Shown here: piece by piece, positions 44,432 to 56,622 of the stretch
How positions within the stretch are numbered: position 1 is the stretch's first letter
How the letters are laid out: the number at the start of each line of letters is the position of its first letter
NCBI GenBank assembly: GCA_964016885.1
Contig: OZ024741.1
Location: forward strand, 111,538,001 to 111,602,000
DNA length: 64,000 nt
Direction: 5' to 3'
From: Eledone cirrhosa
Taxonomy: Eukaryota
Made by a program: the position numbers and the translations under genes
Notes under the pieces: model-generated
The model's database searches: none
Told to the model about the DNA's origin: nothing
Seen by the model: the letters and a program-made list of their open reading frames with translations, nothing else

Positions 44432-47400
44432 AATATATGCATATATACACACACAATTATTGCAGTTATTATTATGGAAACTATATAATACCAGTATTTG
44501 TTGCAAGTCAGAGAAGGTCGTGTATGATATTTACTTTTCCTTGTGTGGTACGGGTCGGGTGAGTAAGGTCGTATGTGGGTTTATAGTTTGCTTGAGTTGA
44601 TAGATAACTTCGGGTTGTTCTGGATGTATTTACGTTCATCTTCCTCCAAAACCAAGTAGGCATATAGTCCGTCAGTTCAAAAGTTCATCTGGAACGAGGC
44701 TTTCTGTATATTTTTTGTTAGCAAGTATATTTACCATCGTCGGCATGTTAGGCCTGTCGCGACTAACACCATCGACGTGATCCAAGGGAAAGACAAAGGC
44801 CCATACAGCTTGGTATCATTGACGTCGCAATTTGTTTCTACAACTGAGTGAAGTGGAGTAGCGTGAAATAAAGTGTCGACAACGCTTTAAATAATTATTG
44901 CAGCCCTTTATGGTCTGAGTTCAAATCCCGCCGAGGTTAACTTTGCCTTTCATCCTTACGGGGTCGATAAAATAAAGTACTAGTAATACACTGGGATAAT
45001 TGCTGGCCTTGTGCCAAAAGTAGAAACAATTAAATAATTATTGCATAAGGACATTTCAATGTCTTTGAAATGAACATAATGGGTGTTACATGAGACAATA
45101 AACTGAAGTGGAATACACAAAGCCATCTCTCTTCTCATTTAATATTGATTCTCTGTTTGATACCATACATGTGATACCTTATGGATACACGTGATGTGGA
45201 GTGCTTATGAAAGATTACATCCAAGTTGATTGCTTGGATTAACCAACAGAGATATTGGGACATACACACACGCGCACACACAAAAACACATGCGCACACT
45301 TTCACACACACTTACACATACACACACACGTACACACACACACACGCACGCACGCACGCGCACACACACACACACACACACATATAAATATTTATATATA
45401 TTTAACGGGCTTCCACACAGTTTCATTCACTAACATAGGTCAAGTAGAGATTTTAGAGAAGACATCTCAAATGTACCGTGAAATGCGTGTGAACCCCAAA
45501 CTACGTAGTTTCAAAGCGAACTCCCAAACCACAGTTTTGCTTGCGTCTATAAATGTATGTATTTTATATTTGTGTGTGTATTTTACTCAGAGTTTCTCAA
45601 TTGACCTTTATTCATATCGGTTGCTGCATATTCTCTCTTGCAGTGTATTTTCATAAAAATATTTAATATTTGTATTTTCTAAAACATTTTGTAATGGTCT
45701 CTTTTGAAATATTAAACACATTTCGTCTTGTCTTATATACATTTTCACCTAAAAATCTAACATTTTTCTTTACTAAGGTCACTGCCTAATGGGGACGTTC
45801 GTATTAATTCCTTGTAAAATATGTTTCTTTTACGCATGCGCGCGTGTGTGTAAAAAAAAAATCTTATTTTTGTTTGAATTCTTTTATTTTCTCACAAACC
45901 GCATTGCTCTTTAAGATTTTACTTTTATTGAAATACTTTTTAGTTTATTTCTCTAAACTCCATACACTTTCAGAAATGTGTTTTCTTTCTATATACATTT
46001 ACTGTTTGTTTTAAGTTAATATTTGTATCTTCTATTTCAGATCTCATGTATGAATATTACATCTTTTCTACTTTGGTTAATGCATTTTCGTAAATATTTT
46101 CCTTTCTGCATTGAATCTCATATCTTTATCTTCTTTTATTTATTTATTTATTTATTTTCCTTTTCATCGATTGTAATTTTTGTTTGTTAATATTTCAGTT
46201 ATTGAGAAAATTAAATATTAATGTATTTATATATTTATTTCATTTTAACTGTTTGGTTATTGTTGTACATTGTTAACTCACTTCATTAATATTTAACATT
46301 CTAGGCTAAATAATAATTCTTTCTAGCATTTGCACAAGGCCAGCAATTTGGAGGGAAGGGGAAAGTCGATTATAATTGGTACTTTATTTTATGGACCTCA
46401 GAAGGATGAAAAGCAAAGTTGATCTCAGCTAAATACCATAAAGCATTTTGTCCGACACTCTACCGATACTGCCAATCCACCGCTATTTCTGGGGTATCTC
46501 TATTTAATAAAAGTTTTATTTTTTCGGAAATCCATTTTTAAACATTTTTTTTCTCAGAATATAATTTTAATATTCTGTATCATAATTTCTATATGATTTT
46601 TGTTTGAAATAAATAACTGCTCTTGTTCCTATAGAACTGTCAACGAACAGTTTTTATATGTAAACAAACAGAAAATGCGTAAATTCAAACGAGGATATTA
46701 AATTATATTTCTAAATTTCAATTTTGTTTTATAAAGTTTTCATAAAATATGAAAGGTTGCTGTATTTCCAGAAGAAAGGCATGTCGGTGCTTTGAACTAT
46801 TTCTTCATTATTGCATCCTAGAACAAAAATTTAGGGTTTACAGTGCATTAAATGTTAACATCATTTCATTTATATTGTAAAAACGGGTGGGGGATTGGTA
46901 GAGTTGTTGGGTCTCAGATAAAATATCATTGTCGTATTTGTTCTGACGCGTTACGATCTTAGTTCAAATCCCAACAAGATCAACATGGCCTTTCATCCTT
47001 CCAGGGTCGAGAAAGTACCAGTCAAGTATTGAGGTCGATTTAATCGACTTGCCCTCCTCGCTAAATAACTGACCTTGTGTCTAAAGTAGAAATCATTATA
47101 TGTCTATTGAGAAAGAAGAGGCGGCAAATCGATAAAAAATGTACCAGTTCAGTACTAGGGACGACTCTACCTCTATATCCATTTCTCACTTCCTCTCTAC
47201 CACTCTCTCTCATTCTCTTAACAAATCTGCTGTGTTTAGAGCAAGAGAGGAGATGGGATCCGCTAGGCCTAAAGTGCGCAACACATGCCTTATGTAACGA
47301 CGGTAACTGTACGACTCCATCAGGAGTTACGGGTCAATGCATACAGACATAAAATAAATTGACTTTTCCTTGTGTTGAACTATGATATTCGAATTCTCCA

Positions 47401-49093
47401 TTTCTTTCAGGTGCAGATCTATGTGGGCTTTACAATTTCTGCCATAATATTATAGTTTGCTTGTTTTATTTTTTTCAAGTTGGATGACTGTGCTTTATGT
47501 TTGTATTAGCACCTGCACCATGTTATTGTATGAATAGCTTGTTCTTTGTAAAGAGTGCAATTTTGTATTCTATAACTGTACAGCAGGTATGTTTCGAGCA
47601 GTGGATCGTATAGGATACGGCTCATCAAAAGGCGGGTCGCACTTTAAAAAAAATTCAAGGCAATTTTGAAATTAGGCGTGCCATTCAGAAAGTCAAATGG
47701 GCCGCAATTTTCCCATGACTGCTGTAGAGGTCAGTGGTTGAAAGTGTGTGGTTGTCAATTCTTGTCAAATGAATCTAAAAATGCACCATCCCTTTGAGAA
47801 AACAGCAACGCATAATAGAGGGAATGATATGAACGGTACAGCTGATAAATCTCCTGGAGATCATCATCCTTTTTGAGAATGGAGCCATCCAAAGTGGTTC
47901 TATGCTGCACCTTGTACAAATTTTGCCATCTTAGGTGTCTTAAGAAGATAATAATTTCGACAATGAGAATCAGTAGGATTTGGCTTCATGTCAGCAAACA
48001 GAAAAATGATTACATTTTTAAATGCTTTAATTTCAATAGTTACTTTGAAGCACCTTATCTATGTGTGCAGGTCTTTTCATGCAAATCTTTTTGTAGCTCT
48101 TTTTGTGCAATTCTTTTTGTAGGTCTTGTAACATGGCAACACAGATTTACGATTGTGAAGCACTTGATCATAAATTATTTCTACTTTCAAACTGAATATT
48201 TAAGTTTTTAATTCTTCTAGTGCAATATTAAAAAAACAAACAACTATTTTTTTCATTCATTAGGTTTTGTTGTGCTAAAATTGCTACAGGTGTTTAAAGC
48301 TCTGCGTAGAGTAAACATTATATGTAAATGTGAATTTCTTTAGTTCCCAATAGGAGGTATGGTTAGGATAACACGCATAGAAATGTGATTAGGATGTTCA
48401 CTATTACAATTGTTATGTGTTGCGTTATATCTGCGTGAGAAGGCGCATGGTAAGGGCACTGGTCTCACGATCGTAAGGTAGCAAATTCGATTCTCGGAAC
48501 GGATGGTGCTTTATGTCATTGAGAAAACCTTGCTCCAGGTCACTAAGCTGAAAACGAGTACTAACAGCTGTTGGGGGATAGCCATGCGATAGGCTGACAT
48601 CCTGTAAAGGGAATAGTTTGTAACCTCAGTTACTTATCACCCATGGAACACAGATAAACTCTTGGTTTCGTCCAATCAGAGCCAGCAGGAGAAAAACACA
48701 TAAAATGATGACTGCAACGTACCAGTAATGCACTGGGGTAATTGCTGGCCTTGTGCCAAAAGTAGAAACAATTATATGTAAATATGGATTCGTTTATTTC
48801 GAGATCTATGGTTAAGAAGTTCACTATATAATTTCGTGGTTCAAGGTCGTTTTAACACTTGTTAAGTGTTTTGTTACATCTGTGCATGTGATCACCATAT
48901 GTGATGACATTATCAGCAGCAGTGTCAACTACAAAGCTATATAAGTTAAAAAGAAGTAGAATATACAAAATCTAATAATAGAGGTACATATGAAGGCATA
49001 TACGTTATGTTTATGTATAATAAACATATATAAGTCACGCTATGACTGTTTTAAACTGTGATAATATCACAGCTATTTGTGTAGCCGATTGAG

Positions 49094-49142
49094 AACATCA
49101 GATGCTAGTATTTCAGGATTCTTATCCATCATCAGTGACATT
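49094..49142 (-). ncRNA. Minimal type-I hammerhead
   Basis: Reverse complement: AATGTCA-CTGATGA-T GGAT aaga ATCC T-GAAA-TACTAGCA-TC-TGATGTT. Confidence 0.75.
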
Positions 49143-49271
49143 TGTTCACTCGGCAGTATACGTAATTAGAATAAGTCATAGGTTACATACATTTTGCATA
49201 TAAAGTATCTACTGGAGTTCATTTGCATATAGTGCTACTACCACCACTATCTCCACCAACACAACCACCAG

Positions 49272-49326
<55 letters not shown>

Positions 49327-49339
49327 GCTGCTGGTGCTG

Positions 49340-49422
<83 letters not shown>

Positions 49423-49840
49423 ACTACTACTACTACTTGAAAAATTCATTCGCAATAAGACGCCAAGGCAAAATGCCTTCACGGATAGAAAGAAAACTAC
49501 AATGGTTTATTAATCTAAAATTTTGATACAGATATAATACATGAAAGTCAATAGAGAATTCATTCTCACAGTGGAAAAATTAACACCAATATGAAACGTA
49601 TATAATTAAAGAGCAAGAACTTTCGAGAAACAAGTGAAAAAAAAATATATATAAATAAAAAGATGGAGACAAAAATTCTCAAAGGATTAAAAATATTCAG
49701 GAAAGATTCGTTTAAAATAAAATGTTTTGAAGATTAAAATCGGCTCTACGGAGATTTGTATATTTAAGTGAGTTTTTTTTATAGTAGTAATGGAGCAGTA
49801 GTTTTGAGTTTTAACCGTATATGTACATATATATATATAT

Positions 49841-52800
49841 ATCATCATCATCATCATCATCACCGTTTTACGTCCGTTCTTCCACGCTAGCATGGGTTAG
49901 ACGGGTTGTCCTGTTGTGGGCAGTGTCTGGTCGGCTGACCATGCCTTGCTCATACAGGAACTGATCTGGCTTGATTTCTACAGCTGGATGCCCTTCCTAA
50001 CACCAACCTCATTTACAGTGAGTGCTGGGTGCTTTTTCGTGGCGCCTACACGTCCACTTTACAGTGTGGGCTGGGTGCTTTTTTGCCGTGGCACCTCCAC
50101 GGCCACCTTGCGGTGGGGGGGGGGGGGGGCATATTGTTTATATGCTTCAGCATGTACCCATGGGAGGTCGGGTACCCTGTATTACTGCGTGACGCCAGAA
50201 GTCACGGTCGTGTGTCATTGACTTTGAGAGGTGTAGTTGGGTAAGGTCGGCTTTTATCACCTCATCCCAAGTCATCTTGGGTCTCCCCACTCCGCGGTTT
50301 CCATCAACTTCTAGTGCTCTGCACCTTTTTATGCAGCTGTCATCCTTCATACGCATCACATGTCCATACCAGCGTAACCGCCTCTCCTGCACGCAGCATT
50401 TGATTCCTCTTATGCTCAGTCTCTCTCTCAATTCCTTTATGCTTTGTCGTTCACGTATATTACTGTTACACATCCATCGGAGCATGCAGGCTTCGTTTCT
50501 CTCTAATCTACGTAAGTCTTCCACCTTCAGCGCCCAGGTCTCACTACCATGCAACATCGCTGTTCGGATACACGCATCATACAGTCTGCCATTCATTCTG
50601 AGGGAGAAGCCTTTTGCAGCTAGCAGTGGTAGTAGTTCCCTAAACTTCTTCCATCCCGTTCTTACCCTAGTTATTGTACTTTCTGAGCACCCACCTCCGT
50701 TGCTAATTCGGTCACCTAGGTAGCAGAAGCTGTCTACTGTTTCTACAGGGCCCTCCCAGAGATTGGTGGTACTTGTTTCCTGTGGTTGTTTGCTTGCTGT
50801 TTCAGCACAGCTGCTGCATGTGAATCCTACATTCTTAATTAAGCTTCCTGAGATCCCGCTACATCTCTTGTGTACCCATTGTTTGCATTTGGGGCAGAGA
50901 ATGGAGTTCCTACCTACACCTTTCCTACATACTGAGCAAGGCCATTTCCCTGAGGGGATCTGGGTTCTGTTTTCTCGTCTACTTACAAGGACCTTAGTCT
51001 TTGTCATGTTGACTTTGAGGCCCTTTCTCTCTAGTCCCTGCTTCCAGGTTTGGAATTTATTCTCTAGTTCTACCATAGATTCAGCTATGAGTGCGAGGTC
51101 ATCAGCATACAGGAGTTCCCATGGGCATCCGGTCTTAAACTCCTCCGTTATTGCCTGCAGGACTATGATGAACAGGAGAGGGCTAAGAACAGAGCCCTGG
51201 TGGACCCCAACCTGTACGCTAAATTCCTCGCTATACTCATTGCCAATCCTAACTTTGCTGACTGCTCCCCTATACATGTCTTGTACCGCTTTCACAAGCC
51301 ATTCATCTACTCCTAGTTTTCTAAGAGCCCACCAGATTACTGCACGTGGAACTCTGTCAAAGGCTTTCTCAAGGTCGACAAATGCCAAGTAGAGTGGCTT
51401 ACTTTTAGCTAGGTACTTTTCCTGTAATTGCCTCACAAGGAAGAGGGCATCAGTGGTGCCTTTCCCTGGTACAAACCCAAATTGCATCTCGTCTATATTC
51501 ACCCGGTCCCTAATCAGCTGTGCTATAACTCTTTCTGTTACTTTCATGACCTGGTCCATCAACTTTATACCTCTATAGTTTCCTCTATCTAGTGCATCGC
51601 CTTTACCTTTGTAGCAGTTGACAATGATGCTACTGCACCAATCTTTTGGTATGGCCCCCTCTAGTATTACCTGGTTAACGATACGTGTGGTTATAGTGTG
51701 ACCTACAGACCCAGATGCCTTCAGCATCTCGGCAGCTATACCCGATGGACCGGTTGCCTTCCCTATCTTCATATCTCTGATTGCCTTACTTACTACGCTG
51801 CCGCTGACTTGTACTGCTGGTCCCTCTATAGGGTCTACGTGGGGTAGGGTCTCTTCCCATGCATTCTCCTCATTTAGTAATCTATCATAATGACTCTTCC
51901 ATGCATCTTTCTTCTCAGCACTTGTGAGGGCAAGCTCACCTTTATCATTCCGGATACACTTCTCTCCAATGACATCACAACTATCTCTGACACACTGCCT
52001 CGCAATCTTGAATACCTCCTGTTTCTGGTCCTCACGTTGTAAAACATGCTTGAATTTTCTATCCTCTGCTTCCCTCCTAGCTAAGTATACTTGTCGCCTA
52101 GCTTCCCTCTTGGTCTCTATGTAATGTACCCTGCTCCCCCCGTTCTTCCATTCTTTCCATGCCTGTCTCTTGGCCTTGACTGCTTCATCTACCTTATTGT
52201 TCCACCACCAAGTCACTCTCCTCCTGCTTGAGGTCTTACTCCAGCCACAAACCTCATCCGTCGCCTCTAGTAAGTTATTTTTTAGGAACTCCCAGTTCTC
52301 TTCTACGTTAAATGTCTCTATCTGTTCTTCTTTACTGTCGTAGGCGTTGAGTAAAATATCTTTAAATCTGTTACTGGTTGAGGGGACTTTCAGCTTCCAG
52401 ATCTTTCTTCTCCAGGTTGGCCTCTGTTTCAGGGCTCGTCTAGTTCTGACCGTGAGGTCGCTGACAACTAAGCTATGCTGGGATGTACATTCCTCACTAG
52501 GGAAGGCTTTTGTGTTTACGACCGTCCATCTGTCACGTCCTCTGATGAGGATAAAATCTAACTGACTAGAGTGCTCCCCTGATCTATAGGTGATCAGGTG
52601 GTTGTCGGGTTTTTTAAAGTTTGTGTTACATATCGACATGTCATTGGCGTCGCAGAATTCTAGAAGTCTGAATCCTTCCTCATTCCTTGTGCCAACTCCA
52701 TGGCCTCCATGTACTCTATTGAAGCCGTCGCAGTGTTTACCTACGTGTCCGTTAAAATCTCCTGCAATGATTAGGAAGTCCTTGTCGTCTGTTAGAGCAG

Positions 52801-52850
52801 TGGTGTGTATTAGGGACTCGTAAAACCTATCCTTAAGTTCGTCTGGCGTT
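49841..52850 (-). mobile_element. RTE-clade LINE, 5'-truncated, (GAT)n tail
   Basis: Single APE-RT ORF. The 3' end is (ATC)n on the plus strand at 49841-49861. Confidence 0.93.
50147..52848 (-). CDS. RTE polyprotein: partial APE, RT, PHD-like finger (~900 open codons)
   Basis: AGDFNGHVG, LDFIL, NYRGIKL, QFGF, DLEKAFD, HQGSVLSP, LYADD, CSVC..CPKC..WVH..C..CSSC, RLRWYGHV. Confidence 0.92.
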
Positions 52851-52978
52851 ATTATTACTATATATATATAGTAATAATAATAAATTTGAAGACTAAAATC
52901 CAAAGAGGGCTCGATAAGGATAAATATATATCAGATATATAAGAACCGTAGAGCAAATATTTATTAAATAACAGATTA

Positions 52979-53031
52979 AAGTTTAAGCAAAGAATCGCTG
53001 CTTTCACTCTTAACGAGATCTTCTGAAACTT
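52979..53031 (-). ncRNA. Hammerhead variant (CAGAAGA core), second copy
   Basis: Reverse complement: AAGTTT-CAGAAGA-T CTC gttaa GAG T-GAAA-GCA..TGC-TT-AAACTT. Confidence 0.62.
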
Positions 53032-53032
53032 A

Positions 53033-53092
<60 letters not shown>

Positions 53093-53724
53093 TATATATA
53101 CACATATATAAGACTTTTTGTACCTCTGTTTGTTGACTCCTTGAACTATATATATATATACACACACAAACACACACACATATACTTTAATTTTGTATTT
53201 ATTTTGCAAGATTCTTGATATGAAATCATGTATTAAAACTTTAGAAGAGCAATTCTACCAATAAAAACACACGCATCAGTTAAGTTTCACTTCAGTTTTT
53301 ATTATTAGCAAGGTAACTAATTCATTCGTTGGTTGATACTGCAATCGGATTTGTCAAATTTCTTTCGTCACACAGTCTGTGACTTTCGCTGTGTCTCCTC
53401 TTCGTTTCGATTTCATTCCGGTTACTTCACCCTGCTTTTTATCTTTTTCTTTTCTCTATGTCTTTCAATGGCATGTCTGTCATTAACCATAGCCTCAAGT
53501 TGACCAAAGCCTTGTGAGTGAAATTGGAAACTCGTTGGATGACTGTACAAGTAATGCTTTGTCATCTGATAATTACGTTAAGGGTACACATGTCTGTGCG
53601 ATGCTCATCCACTTCCGCATTAATTTCTTAAGCAGGTTATTCCATTGTTACGGCATCTTCAGACATTCGTAAACGGTGAAGACGGGCAATGTGGTCAGTG
53701 GAAATTTTAGTCTAGAGTTTTAAA

Positions 53725-54520
53725 TAGGATTAGTGGTAGGCAAGTGCGACGACGCTGTGGGCAAGTGCGCTGACCAGTCTGTTCCGGAGGACTTTCGAGT
53801 CGGAGACTATGGATAATTTCGAGAAATTTCTCTTTGGTACTGCCAGTTCGAGATACACTCTACATGCACGGAATGCGGTCAGAAGGGCCTGTCCGAGATG
53901 CGCGCAGAACGATGAACCCGTTCTACACGCACTCGCCCAGTGTCCGTGCATTACTAACTTGTGGAGTTATGTCAAACTGCCGTTATCGCGTATGGGACGT
54001 ATCCGGCTATCGACCGAGTTCCTAGCGAAGATCGCTCCGCCGCCTACGTTTGGCTGGGAAATAAGCAGTGCTCCTCTGCCTTGTGACCGTTGCAAAATAG
54101 GTTGTGTGGTGGACGAGGTTGAAAGGACTGATGTCAGACCTTTTCTGTTCGACCAATCCCTCCTCAAATTTTTCAAGTTTCAATTGGAAAGGAAGGTGAA
54201 GACGGAGAGGGGAGTGTGTACCCCAGTAAATTTGCTGAACTGTGGGTGAATGTAGCTAGAATGGCCCGTGTGAATTGGCCTGCACTGAGCATGCGCGTGA
54301 GGACTCGCTGATTTTAAGAGGAAAGGATGCCCTCCTTGGATGCTCTCGGAGTGTGAGTGGTTCAGGATTGGTGGGTGGTTTTCGCTTTATTGGGGAATTT
54401 GTATTGTTATAATTATATTGTTGTTTTTTATACTGTTCACTCGATTTTTCTGTAAAACTCCACTGTTTCTATCTTTTGTATTGTACCCTATATGTCGGCC
54501 GTTTTGGCCAATAAAAAAGC
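53725..54520 (+). mobile_element. Old Tx1 3' fragment
   Basis: MDNFEK...RACPRCAQNDEPVLHALAQCP. Ends ggccAATAAAAAAG. Confidence 0.85.
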
Positions 54521-54895
54521 ACCAGTAATGCACTTCCCCCCTTAAATTGTTGGCCTTGTGCCTAAATCAGAAACAATTATTATTATTATGACTGAGGTCA
54601 ACTTTTCCTGTCATCCTTTCGATGTCTATAAAATAAAGTACCAGTCAATTACTGGGATCGATATAATCGACTTACCCCTAAATTACCGGCATTTTGCCTA
54701 AATCAGAAATTGGCAGTATCGGTAGAGGGTTGGACGCCATGCTTTCTAGCATAGTTACGTCCCTTTACAGTCTGAGTTCAAATCTCGCCGAGGTTAACTT
54801 TGCCTTTCATCCTTACGGGGGTCGATAAAATAAAGTACCAGTAATGTACTGGGTAATTGCTGGCCTTGTGCCTAAAGTAGAAACAATTATTATTA
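54520..54895 (+). mobile_element. Tandem SINE copies
   Basis: B-box gagttcaaatc and the aataaagtaccagt core. Confidence 0.75.
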
Positions 54896-55170
54896 ATAGT
54901 TAATGTCAAAGTAGACGGAAAAAAGCATCAGTTGATTCCTATCTTCAAATAAGGATTTTTACAGCCTCTCGAAGCTGGAGAGTTAACATTCTTGCAAAAA
55001 ACATCTCGATTGGTTTCCTGTCCAGTTGAGATATCATTAACGTCTAGATAACAGCCGGATATTCATAATTATAGTGTTGGACTCAACAAGAACATATAAT
55101 TGTCCTATTTATTTTGTAGATTTTATTTTATTTTTGTATTTGTTTACTTTTTATGATTTTTGTTATTGCT

Positions 55171-56106
55171 GTTATTGCTGTTGTTGCTAATGGTGATACT
55201 GCTAATTCTGTTATTGCTGTTGTTGCTAATGGTGATACTGCTAATTCTGTTATTGCTGTTGTTGCTAATGGTGATACTGCTAATTCTGTTATTGCTGTTG
55301 TTGCTAATGGTGATACTGCTAATTCTGTTATTGCTGTTGTTGCTAATGGTGATACTGCTAATTCTGTTATTGCTGTTGTTGCTAATGGTGATACTGCTAA
55401 TTCTGTTATTGCTGTTGTTGCTAATGGTGATACTGCTAATTCTGTTATTGCTGTTGTTGCTAATGGTGATACTGCTAATTCTGTTATTGCTGTTGTTGCT
55501 AATGGTGATACTGCTAATTCTGTTATTGCTGATGTTGCTAATGGTGATACTGCTAATTCTGTTATTGCTGTTGTTGCTAATGGTGATACTGCTAATTCTG
55601 TTATTGCTGTTGTTGCTAATGGTGATACTGCTAATTCTGTTATTGCTGTTGTTGCTAATGGTGATACTGCTAATTCTGTTATTGCTGTTGTTGCTAATGG
55701 TGATACTGCTAATTCTGTTATTGCTGTTGTTGCTAATGGTGATACTGCTAATTCTGTTATTGCTGTTGTTGCTAATGGTGATACTGCTAATTCTGTTATT
55801 GCTGTTATTGCTAATGGTGATACTGCTAATTCTGTTATTGCTGTTGTTGCTAATGGTGATACTGCTAATTCTGTTATTGCTGTTGTTGCTAATGGTGATA
55901 CTGCTAATTCTGTTATTGCTGTTATTGCTAATGGTGATACTGCTAATTCTGTTATTGCTGTTGTTGCTAATGGTGATACTGCTAATTCTGTTATTGCTGT
56001 TGTTGCTAATGGTGATACTGCTAATTCTGTTATTGCTGTTGTTGCTAATGGTGATACTGCTAATTCTGTTATTGCTGTTATTGCTAATGGTGATACTGCT
56101 AATTCT
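55171..56106. repeat. 39-bp minisatellite, 24 copies
   Basis: Unit gttattgctgttgttgctaatggtgatactgctaattct. 936 bp = 24 x 39. Confidence 0.95.
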
Positions 56107-56569
56107 GTTATTGCTGTTATTGCTGTTGTTGCTAATTGTGGTGCTGCTATTTCTGTTGTTGCTGTTATTGCTGTTGTTGCTTTTGGTCGTACTGCTATTT
56201 CTGTTATTGCTGTTGTTGCTGTTGTTGCTAATTACGGTGCTGCTATTTCTGTTATTGCGCTTATTGCTTTGTTATTGTTGCTACTATTATCATTATTGTT
56301 GTTGTTGCTGTTGATCGTGTTATTAATACTGTTGTTATTATTGCAAATATTGATGTAGGTGCTGTTATTGTTCTTGTCACTACTGTTGTTATTATAAATG
56401 CTGGTGTGCTGCTGTCTTGTTATTGCTGCTGCTGAGGTCGTTGGTCCAGCTATTATTATGATTTGAAATTTATTTTGCGTTCTACTTTCCAAATCATGCC
56501 ATGAGTCAACCTGGCACCTCAGGCAAAATTTGAAAAATGATGCCACAAGGGCACAGACAACAGCAAATG

Positions 56570-56622
<53 letters not shown>

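Noticed and set aside
52849-52903. N-terminus of the 918-aa RTE ORF
   Set aside because: It derives from flanking TA repeat and pLTR sequence. The element is truncated in the middle of the APE domain.
55171-56106. CRISPR-like array or genuine 401-aa protein
   Set aside because: Contiguous identical units with no spacers, and no cas genes. The open frames follow from the repeat composition.
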